Shown here piece by piece: positions 23,209 to 34,400 of a stretch of 64,000 nucleotides of DNA. Position numbers and translations under genes: made by a program. The notes beneath the pieces were generated by a model. The model was not told the origin of the DNA. It worked only from the letters and a program-made list of their open reading frames with translations, and ran no database searches. Numbering within the stretch: the stretch's first letter is position 1; each line of letters begins with the position of its first letter. Source of the stretch: Monocercomonoides exilis PA203 (taxonomy: Eukaryota; Protista; Preaxostyla); assembly GCA_001643675.2 (NCBI GenBank), contig LSRY02000044.1, forward strand, positions 62,001-126,000, written 5' to 3'.

Positions 23209-24595
23209 ATGGAGGAATCTGAAGAATATATTTGGGTAGTGGACAATGGATCCTCAAGTATTTTATTATTTTTGTATTTCAATGGAAGTGCATTAAATTT
23301 TCATTTCCTTAAAGGCGGTAATTTTTTACAACAAACTTTACCTGGTTTAATGCCGCAATGTAGTTCCATACAACTAGCTATTTTAACCACAATAATGGCA
23401 TGCTTTTTTTTGATATTTGGAATCCCAATTCTTGTCACATCTGTTGGAGTTTGTGAGCGTTTATCGAATTTCATTATTTTTTCATTTTATTTTGCGACTA
23501 TTCTTTCAGGTTCGAGAAGTTGTAATTCCCTACAAAGGAGGAAGCTTATCAAATATTATTAATATTTCTTTTCCTCTGGAAAATCAATTAAAATCACCTA
23601 TTTACGTTTTCTATCGATTGAATAATTTTTATCAAAACCACAGAAGATTTGTAACTTCACGAAATTACGAACAATTATTCGGAAATGAAATAACATCTTC
23701 TGACAAAGAAGTTTGCGATTATAGGCTGAAAGAGAATCAGGAAGTTTTTGAACAACCATTTTGTGGGATTGCGTATTCGATTTTGTTCAATGATTCGATT
23801 TCATTATATGAAAATATCGATGATCATTATACTCCTGTTAATATTATTCGAAATGATTTGGTTTTTTCTTCTGATAAGGTTAGTTTTTTTGAGTGCTTAT
23901 TCTTTCAGAAGTTAACTTTTTTAATTTTTTTTTACATTTTTATCTAAAAAAAGACTTTATACAAAGCCGTAGGATCAGAAAATGCAATAAGTTGGATGAA
24001 GCCAGCAGCGCTTCCAACTTTTCGGAAGCCTATTGGAAAAATTGAAGAATCTTTAAATCCAGGAAAATATATGATACAAATATCAAACAGTTAGTATTTT
24101 TTGCTTTTTTTGTGCATTATTGAAATTAAATTTGTGTTGTTTATTATTTGCATACTCGAAATTAAGATTACAACATCACATTAGAAGGAAAGGATATTAT
24201 TCTTTCTAATAACACTTGGCTTGGAAAGAAAAATACAGCATTAGGTTTGCAGAACATTACTTATGGTGATTGATTTAATGATGTTTTAAACTATATTTCG
24301 TTGATTTTTATTTTCTTTGATTATAATCGATTTTTTATACTTAATGATAATTTATGAATGAAATTGATAAAATATGTGATGTTATTCTAATTCTGTTTAA
24401 AAATTTTTTATCCAATTATGATACTATTCTGCTGCTTTATCCAATGAAATGTTTTGACATTATTGCAATATATATATATATATATATTTGGCAAAATTGA
24501 TTTCAGGTGTTGTATATCTTGTCCTTGCATTCGTTTTAGCAATATGTTCGATTTTTTTATTTATCATGCATTTTATCGAGAAACGAAAAGACTAA
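23209..24595 (+). CDS. CDC50/LEM3 family P4-ATPase flippase beta subunit (284 aa, 6 exons)
   Basis: Exons 23209-23257, 23315-23448, 23510-23878, 23954-24089, 24167-24244 and 24507-24595 join in frame. Motifs: FLQQTLP, IYVFYRLNNFYQNHRRFVTSR, CGIAYSILFNDS, WMKPAALPTFRK, TWLGKKNTALG. Two TM helices. Confidence 0.93.
24468..24487. repeat. (TA)n microsatellite in CDC50 intron 5
   Basis: About 10 consecutive TA units. Confidence 0.9.
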
Positions 24596-25241
24596 TTAAA
24601 TGAAAATGTCATATCACATCAACTCATTTCAGTATTATTTACATTTCATTTTTTGAAATTAATTTGTAATTTATTCAATTCATCAAAGTAAGTTGATTTT
24701 CCAGTTTAATTTTTTATTTTCATCTTATTTCTTTATTATGTTTAATTCCATATTCCTGCAAAAATTATCTTATAAATTATTTGAATAAGAGAGAGATAAA
24801 TTTTTTTGATAAAATTGAGGAAATTTAAAAATTTTTGAAGAAGTGGGCTGCGATATATTTCTTCAGGCGATTTCGAAAAAAATATTTTAACGATAAATGT
24901 GCTTTTCTCTTTCAAATATTCTTATGAAATATACAAATTAATTGTTATTTCAAAATTTTTCCTTTTGACAATTTTGGAAGCAAAGTGTCACGAATGACGA
25001 TTATTTTTGAAAATACGGTGTTTCAAGAAGAATACTCGAAAAGAAAGTTCGTTCTTGAGCTTTAATAAAAGAACAATGAAACGAAGAAGTTCATGGGTGA
25101 ATATTTTTGAAATCATGTTTTTTGCTCAAAATTTTCGGTTTTTCAATTTTTTTTCAATAACAACAAATGAACGCTGAAAAGTGAACAGGCATATTCAAGA
25201 GTCAATCATTTTTATTTCAGCTTTAACATTTCTTTTTGATG

Positions 25242-25489
25242 ATATGGGTGATTCTTTTTGAAAAGTCGCAAATGTATAATTTTCAAATAAATCAAAAATT
25301 TCATATTTTGATCAAATTTCGGTTCATGTTCATTCAACTTCACAGGAATGTGTTAAATGGCATTGTCAAAATATGTCCTCCACTTTGGTGAGGTTACATG
25401 AGTAGGAACAGAAATTTGATCGAGATATGAAATTTTTGATTAATTTGAAAATTTAACTTTTGCGACTTTTCAAATAGAATTACCCACAT
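25242..25489. mobile_element. Fold-back/MITE-like element, family B copy 1
   Basis: Imperfect inverted arms of about 84 bp (ATATGGGTGATTC...GATCAAATTTCGGTTC versus GAACAGAAATTTGATC...ATTACCCACAT). A related copy lies at about 36811-37030. Confidence 0.75.
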
Positions 25490-25720
25490 GAACAAATATT
25501 CTTGTTCTTCAGTTGCACTTTTATCAACTCAAACCCTAAAATATTAACATTTTGAAGATCACATAATTGAAAAACATCAAAAAATACTTAACAAAGAAAT
25601 AATAAGAGCTATTTACAATATGTTAAGCAGTTTATAAACATATTATTAATTCATCATTTTTTTGATTTTCATAGAAAAATATATTTATTATGGGTTATGT
25701 CCACCTATTGGGAAAGTACC

Positions 25721-25986
25721 CAAGACTTCACTTCAGCTTTATTTGTGTACAGAAATAAATAATTTTTCAAATCTCGGAGAAACTCAAAAACCAATTTCTC
25801 CGAGAATTCAAATATCATTTTTTCTGAGCACAAATGAAGCTTATTTGAAAGATTTGTATATCAAATGAGTTTGTATTAACGAGATATATTTTGAGGAAAA
25901 TTGTCAGAATTATTCCTCTTGCGGTTATTGAGATATCGATCTTGTCCGGTATTTTGTGCGATGCCCCGTATTTTATGCGATATCTG
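25721..25986. mobile_element. Truncated copy of MITE family A (one end plus central part)
   Basis: Matches the 39929-40324 element: CAAGACTTCACTTCAGCTTTATTTGTG core and terminal CGATCTTGTCCGGTATTTTGTGCGAT...TATCTG. Confidence 0.85.
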
Positions 25987-26000
25987 TTGTATTATTATGT

Positions 26001-26303
26001 AAGATAGCTAACATAATTTATGTGATAATAGTCAAACTTTGATTGGTACCTATTTTTTTTATTGGTACCTATAAATTTCCGGTTTTTTAAGCATTTGCAA
26101 ATAAAGAAAAATAAACAAAAACTTATTAACTATTTCTATTTACTATTTCGGTGAATATTTTTTATCTTTATCAATATACAATAAACATGTTGAAATTTTT
26201 ATTTTGCAAATGCTTAAAAAACCAGAAATTTATAGGTACCAATAAAAAAAATTGGTACCAATCAAAGTTTGACCCTAATCACACAAATTATGTTTGCTAT
26301 CTT
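26001..26303. mobile_element. Fold-back/MITE-like element, family C
   Basis: Inverted arms of about 105 bp (AAGATAGCTAACATAATT...GTCAAACTTTGATTGGTACC...AAGCATTTGCAAA versus TTTGCAAATGCTT...GGTACCAATCAAAGTTTGAC...GCTATCTT), with two GGTACC sites per arm. Confidence 0.8.
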
Positions 26304-26699
26304 GTATGAAAGCTTTCAATATTTTCAAATTAGTGAGCTTTTATATCCTCACATTTGTATATTTGTTATTTTATTATTTTATTTAATTATTCAATATTCT
26401 ATTTTGACTTTTCTCATTTATTTTGCTTACTTTTGAATGAAATTTGAAGCCTTTTTACTGCTGTCTGATTTTGAGTTGTTTTGCTTTGCATGCCTCTTCG
26501 ATATTTATTCGCGAACGGTTGATTGTTTGTGTTCATCCTCCGGTTTCTTTTTTCATATTTTATTTTATTTTATTCAACTTTTGTTTTTTCAGTCTTTGCC
26601 GAGAACAATCCATCATTTTTGGTTGGCTCTCGCTTTCTCCAAGTTTCAAGTTTATGTTTTTAAATCGCCTTTTTCTCATTTTTATTTTTGAATTACAAA

Positions 26700-28250
26700 A
26701 ACAACAATAATAAAAGAAAAAAAGAAAATATGATGTGCATTTGTTTTGAAAGCTTGAAAAAGAAGAGAGAGTGAGTGAAAGGAGCTTTCATCGGTTTCTT
26801 CAAAATTGCTTTGCGTGCCTATCAATTTGTCAAGACATTGAAGTGAAAACTGGCCCAGCTCAGCAACAATATTGTGCGTCCCCAACAAACATTTATTGTT
26901 GGCTCATTCAAATCGGAGTTGAATCAGATTGAGACAAAAGAAAGATTACCAATAATAAAGTGAAGTTTGAAGTTGAAAAATGAAAGGAATAAGAGCTCAA
27001 AAGTTATATCAATGAAGAGAAGAATGAAATTCTTGCTTGTCTGCTTTGCCTCTTTCTCTTCCCAATCAGAAAATTCAAATGAAATTTTGCCTGTTCCTTC
27101 GATTCGATTTCAAAACCTTCCATTCCTGTGAATGAAGAAGAGGATGATGAAGATGACTCAAAAAGCAATGAAGACGAAGTTGATGATTTTTCCTATTTCT
27201 TCTTTCCTCTTCTCAGCAGTTCAATGGAAAAAGGAAACAGCTTGAATTCTCATAGATCAGCCAGATAATCATTCCCTTTGCATCATTTCTGATACAGCAT
27301 ATGATGATGAAGAAGGTTGTGCAAGAAGGAGGATGATGATATTTGAGATGCGTTTGAAGAAGAAATGAAATACTTTTCATTTAAATCATTTCTTTATTGC
27401 ATCTTTGAATAAGTTGATGAGTGAACATAAATCCATTTCCTCTTCCAAAACGATGCTGATGTTCGATGATTCATAAAAGTTCGAAGGAATTGTTCAATGA
27501 CATCTTCTTCCATTCTTTGCTTTCACCATCATCATTGCAGTTTGTTCTTTTCCTTTTCAATCCCTTTTCAATCAAAAAACAGACTTCAACCTGATTTTTC
27601 TTCTCCATTTCCCATTTTAATCTTTTTCCTCAAAAGAAATTCTCCCTGTAAACAGAATGCATCATTCATTTCTCTAATGACTTTCATATTCCTATCATAT
27701 GAAAAAATAAAAATAATAAAAAGTATTTTCAAGAAAAAAGTCGAATAAAACAGAGTTTGTCGCATACCAATTGCAAACAATATCCCTTCCTGCAACCCCT
27801 TTGCCTCAACAAAAAAATGTCCATTTTCACTCATTCCATTTTTTATCCTTTTTCCCTTGAACTGAAATTCCATCTCTTTCTGTGAGAAAAACACATCAAA
27901 AACCCAATCCAAATGCTCATATAACCTTGTTCCATGTATCCCTTCTCTTTTGCCAAAAGTGTCCATTTCAGCCAATCGAGGCAAAAACAATCATTTCTTT
28001 CAAAACATCGAAAAACTCTTCAAATAAAAACAACACAAATAATCCACCAAAAGACATACATTAATATGTGATGCAGAACCACAAAACTTCCATCATTCGC
28101 ACCTCTTCCAATCACTGTGAAATCAATCTCCACAACATTCATTTCTTTCCCAATTGCCTTTTCTTATGAAAATTCAGCCATCAAAATTATATGCTCTAAA
28201 TCATGTGTTGTTCCATCCCAGAGGCAGATATCGCTGGACGGAGAATGACG
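26700..28250 (-). pseudogene. Possible degenerate coding region of unknown family
   Basis: Coding-like composition with broken ORFs (e.g. 27586-27990) and multiple stops. No family recognised. Confidence 0.25.
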
Positions 28251-28456
28251 GCTGAAATATCAGAACATCAACAAAAATGGATGAATCATTCACTATTATT
28301 TATCGGATCATAAATAAATGTTGAAAAACAAACAAAGGAGAATATTTATTTTCATATAATAATACAATATTTATCAAAAGTTGAATGATATTTTTTTTGT
28401 TGAAGTGCCCATATTAGTCTGCGATAGAAAAAAGAAAAGAAAGCAGTTTGAGAGGC

Positions 28457-31400
28457 ATGGTATTGGGGCTGTCAGGAATATTATATTGTGTGTGGATAAT
28501 TAGTGTGGGGTGCGTGTGCAAGGGTGCTGCAAGTGATGGAGCAGGATTTGTTGAGGAATCAGGGAAAGAAGGAGAATTGGATTATTCTGAAGGCACATGG
28601 TCAGAGAAGGCTCAAAACAACAAAATTGGAGATGACAATTTATTTGACGCACATGTTGAAGGAAAAGAAGGTGGGGTGGGAGAGACCTGGAAAGAAGATA
28701 AAATGACTAAGAAATGCACAAAACAATGGAATGAGAGAAGTGGAGAGATTGGGAAAGTTGAAAAATGGGGTTTTTGTGATGAGTGGAAAATGTGGGGAAA
28801 GGAGGGTGTGTGTGGTGGGAGTGGGGTTGAGGGAAGTGTTGTTGCGGTCAATTCATCAATTCAACTGAATTCATTGGGATTGAGGGAAATGGGTGGGGAG
28901 AGTGTGCTCAGGGCATCGGATGGAAGTTCTGTTGAGGTGAGTGGATGTGTGATTGGAGTTGAGAGAGAGACACCCCCCTTTGATTTTTGTGGGAGCTGTG
29001 GATTGTTCACCAACATTTCCCTCAGATCATCTTCAACTTCAACTTCAATCTCGACTGAACAGATATTCCCTCCACTTTTCTCTTCAAAAGCAATGGAAGG
29101 AGAGATTTCAGAGAAATGCCACATTTCTATTTGTTCTTCCCATTTCTCATCATTTTGTGTGTCTTCAGCCCCATTCATCTCATCGCACTTTGTGTGTCTT
29201 TCCCAATTAGAATTCTTCAACATCTCTTCAAATCCATCGAAAACAACACATCTGGGTGAAAGGCTGAGCCAAATATCATTTCTGATGAGTGGGTGTGAGT
29301 TTGAGTCGGTGGGGGATGTGTATGATGGGGGCATTGTACCCTCGCTGAACAGCCCCTCGTCATCCTTGGCTGCCTCGAACACCTCTTTTGTCGGGTGCTA
29401 TCGCTCTCAGAATGTTGTAATCAGTGGGAGTGAAGGAGATTTGTCGAAACCAGGGAGACATGAGATAACCGACGATGGGGCAAATTCATTCACTTGGTGT
29501 GTGTGGAATGGCTCAAAAACTACTGGAACAAACATTCATTTTTCATATGGAGATTCAAATGGAGGGGCAATTTTCATGTATGACTTGTCATCAGGAACAC
29601 TTTCAGTGAAATTTTGTTCGTTCAATGACTGCTATGCGCATCATGGCGGTGGAGGAATTATATGCTATTGGATTAATTCAGTCAAGATTGTGAACAGCTC
29701 GTTCAATGCATGCACCGTAAAAAGTGCTGTTGGAGGAGGAATATGTATCAAGTCTATTTCGTCATGTATCAGGGTCAGTGGTTGCGAGTTCCAGAACTGT
29801 AAGGCATATAGTTATGGAGGTGGTCTTTATCTTGATGATTTTAATGTTTCTGGATCTTCATGTATTGGAACAGAAAGTGGAGAAGGGGAAAGTGCATGTG
29901 TGTTTGACTGTTTTATCACTTCGTGCTCTCTAACATATAGAAGGGGTGGAGGAATGTATTGTGAAAGTGTTCCGGCTGCATTCAAAATGAGGAGCCTCCA
30001 ATTTATTTCGTGCTCTGCAGCATCATATGGTGGAGGATTTGATCTTGAACCATCTCAATCAACAGCTCCAACCAACAACATTTATTGCTATTTCTTCTTC
30101 TTCCACGATTGCAGTTGCAGTAATTCCACTCCATATGGTCACGATGTGTATTTTCAAGACAATTTCAATCTCTTTTCATCGAATAACCCGTTCTACGAAT
30201 CATACACAACGAATACAAATGATAAGAGAGTGTGCCGTTATTATAATGGTCAATATATAGAAAAGAAGGATTGGCTAAAGAAAGGGGTTCTTAATCGATT
30301 TGTAGCAGTGAGTGGAGGAAATGCAGAAGAGTTGTGTGGATTGGATGAGTCAAGTGCATGCAGAACAATTGGTGTTGCAATCAATAATAGCTTGACTCAA
30401 TTGATCTTATCAATCATATTGATTGAAGGGAATCACACAAGCGAGACAGCAACAATTGATATTGGAACAAAAAAGATTTCTATTTTTGGGAGAGGGAAGA
30501 CAGCGAGCGTGATTGGGACGAATTCTCTTTCTTCGACCTCGACAACACTGTTTAGCGTATCTTCTGGTCAACTGGAGGTGGAGCATGTGGGGATCGATCA
30601 CAACGCGACAAGAAGCTCATCGCCGAGTGTGTTTGTGGTGCCTGTGGGGAGTGGGACTCTTTCTCTGGAGGATGTGGCGATCTCATCAAGCGTTAATGGA
30701 GAGAGTGGAATATCAGCATCGATATTTGTGATGGCTCTGTCGCAATTGAGGATGAGTGATGTTGAGATAAAAAACATGAAAATGAGTCAACCACTATTTT
30801 CTGAACCATCATCAGGAGAATCAGTATCTGGAGAGAGTTTGCTTGGGAATGTGACAATTCGAAATGTGAATCGGACAGGAGGAGATGGTGTTGTAATATC
30901 AAAGAGTGTGAAGGGAGGAGAGACATTTGTGGTGTGGAACACAACAACGGAAGGATGCGAATGCGAGAACGGGAATGGAGGGGGGATAAAAGTTGAGTTG
31001 GAAGATACAACAAGCAAAGTTAGAATTGGAACGTCAACGGCTCAAAGTGGAGGAACAACAACATTTAATCAGTGCAAATGCAACGGATGTGGAGGAGGGG
31101 TGATGATGCACCTGGCTGATGCAATTGCGTTGTTTGAGTTGTCAGATACTCTTGTATTTGACGGAAATGAGGCAGAATATGGAAAGAACGTGTTCATTTC
31201 TGCGTCTGATCTGAACAAGACCGTGACAAACGACTCATTCAAGTTTGATTATTCCTCAATGAAAGATGACAAAACTTTGTTTGTTGGAAGTGATAACTTT
31301 CATTCGAACAAAGATTTATTCATGTTTTTGATTCCATACAGCTCATTTGAGATATTTATCTCATCGAATGGATTTGATGTTGCACGTTGTGGAAGTGAGG

Positions 31401-34400
31401 AAGAGCCTTGCTTCACGATGTGGAAAGGGATGGAAAACATGAAACAGGAGGTTGGAAATAAAACAATTCAGATTGAAGGATCAACCATTATTAGAGATTT
31501 ATTCAATGTGTCCAATTATCAGATCAAAAAATCTTCATCGATGGGAGAAGAGAATGTGAAATCAATATTGAATTTTGAAAAGGCAATTGGAAGTCAGCTG
31601 GAATATTTCATGGAAAATGATATTCATCTTGAATTGACAAATATCCAGCTCCGATTAACATCGGGATTCGACAACTCAGCCAAAACGATTATTTCAAGCA
31701 GAGCTGGTGAGTTGGTGATAACTGGATGTTCATTCCATTCAGAAGCAGGAGTGAACGATGGATTTGATTGTGTATTTGTGGATGTGATTGGAGGCAATGT
31801 GGAAGTGAATGATTTGTCGATGGAATCGTGCAATGTTGGAAACAGTATATTTTCCATTCACGATGCTGGAATTACTTGTCAATTGAAGAATGTTCGAGTA
31901 AAATTGTTGAATGAAAGCAGAGGATGCATTTTGTCAATCAAGAAATCTGAACCAGGATTGAAGATAAATGTAGGAACAAATATTGAAATTGATAATTCAT
32001 CATTTTCAGGAGTGAAGAGAAGTGACAATGGAGCGAGCATTTTGGAATCAAAGAGTGAGAAAAAGATTTGTTTGGTTGTGAATTCGAGCAACATCACAGA
32101 AGACAAGGCAGAATTGAGTGAAAAAGGAGGGGCAATATTCTTCACATTGGGTGCATCAGGATCGATGAAGATGATTAAGTCCGAAGTCAGTCAATGCAGC
32201 TGCACCAATGGGAAAGGAGGAGGGGTGTATCTGGCAACAAAGGAAAGAGGAGAATTGAATTTCACATTTGTGGGAATGAAATTCAGTTCAAACACAGCAA
32301 GAGTGGGGAATGACATTTTCATTGAATGTTTCAACATCACATCGCAGATCAATGAAATACAGTTTCGGTTTGATTTTCGAGAAGGCAGCTTCACTCAATT
32401 CAATGCGATATTTGGAAGAGATTTGTGCAATAACACAGATGATACAGATCTGATTGATTTTTTGATGACCCATCGAGGTGATACAATCATTGTGAGCAGC
32501 TTGAATGGATCAAATGATAAACAGTGTGGAACAAACACACTTCCATGTGATTCAATTGATCAAGGATTGATTCATCTAACTTCAGAGCTGATAAGTCAAA
32601 TACTCATTGTTGAAGAAAGTGTGATTGGAAGAGAAATAGAACTGAAAGAGATGAGTCTGAGTTCGAAGAGCAGAGAAATGTGCAAAGTTGAAGTGAAATC
32701 AAACATTGAAAAAACAAAGGATGCATTGGTGATAACAACAGGAACAGTCTCATTTGTGAGAGTGAATTTTGTGTTTGATTCAAATTTCATCTCTTCACAT
32801 AAATCATTTATATCACCAGAGGGAGGGATTCTTGAAATTATGAATTGTTCATTTGAATCTAAACAATCGAATGAAGAAGGAAATACAGAATATGCAAACA
32901 TTCCATTTCACATTATCAACATGGAAAAAGGAGAATTACAACTAATGGAATGCAAAGTGAAACGTCTAATACTTCAAGAATCTTCAATATATCTATCATC
33001 ATCACTTCCATCAGTGATTTATTTGTTTGAGATCAGCAATTCAACAATAAAAACTTCTCTGATAGATATTAATGAATGTGGGCAATTAAACATGGAAAAG
33101 TTTCATTCAGAAAATATCACAGTTGAAGAAAATGAAGATTCATTGATATCTTGCTTGGCAATGAAAAAGACAATTCAATTGGCAAATTGCACTATAGGTG
33201 GAGTCAGTTCAAAGACCAAAAAAGGGAAATTGATGAAAGTGGAGAATTGTTTGGATGTTTCAATGGACAATTGCGCTTTTGATGGGAGTTCAAAGGAAAG
33301 AAATGAACAGAATTCAAAAACAGAAGAAGAGATGTGCAGGTGGAAAGGTTCTCTTGTGGATGTTGTGAAGAGTTCTGTGATGATGAAAGACACGACAATA
33401 GCCAATTCACCAAAAGGTGGAATAACAATGAGTGGAGGAAATGTGAATATTGAGAAAGGAGAGTTTATGAACAACAATCCTTTCATTGAAAAATATCCAT
33501 CATTGAGAAAAAACATCATCTGTTCAGATTTTGGAACATTGAATGTGATGAGTTTGAAAGGAGGAGATGGATTGAAGGATAACACATCACTTTGGATGTT
33601 GAATGAAGGGTGCAGTTTTGAAGGGATTGCTTCAGAGAGAGATTCATCATTCTTCATTCCCGTGTTGGAGAGTGTGGAAGCAAAAGAATCAACAGATAGA
33701 ATGAAACTGACATTCAAAGGATTGCTTCTTATTCCATGCAACTTGTCATTCTCAGTTGTGAAGAGGAAGGGAGAAGAGAAAAAAATTGAAAAACATGATT
33801 TTGATTCAAATGGATTCTTATCGGAAAGAGAAGTTGAAGGGAGTGTGGGAAAAGATCTCATTAGCAGTTGTGGAGATGAAATTGAGGTGTGTGTGTTTAT
33901 TTTATTTGGGAATGCAGAATCTCTTTCATCAACAAATTCATTCATTCTGAAGAATGCCAGTGAAGCAAAGGAAAATGGAAATGAAAGAATTGTTGAAGGA
34001 GGAAAAGAAGGGAAATCATATTGGTTATTGATTGTCGTTGTGTTGGTCGTGATATTATTGGTTGTACTGATTGTTTCTATTGTTCTGGCTGTTCGATGGA
34101 GAAAGGCAAAGAAAGAGAACAAAGATTTGAGAGAAATTGTGAATGACAACATCAGAAAGGATCCGAAGGCGTTTGAGATGGTGACGATGGAGATGTCACC
34201 AGAGGCGCAGTGGAGGAGAGAAGGGATGAATAATGAAGAGAATGCAAAGAAGAGGGTGTATGAAAAGAAGATGGTGCATTCAGAGTCAGAAGAGTATTTG
34301 TTGGCTGAGAGTGGATCGACAGAATATATTCTTGGAAGGGATTCAGGCAAGATTCCTGAATGGGCACTGGAGAAAGAAGAGGAGGAAGAGATGAGGAAGA

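Noticed and set aside
24245-24506. Long (262 bp) CDC50 intron as a second snoRNA host
   Set aside because: No CUGA box, terminal stem or rRNA complementarity seen; it is AT-rich with a (TA)n tract.
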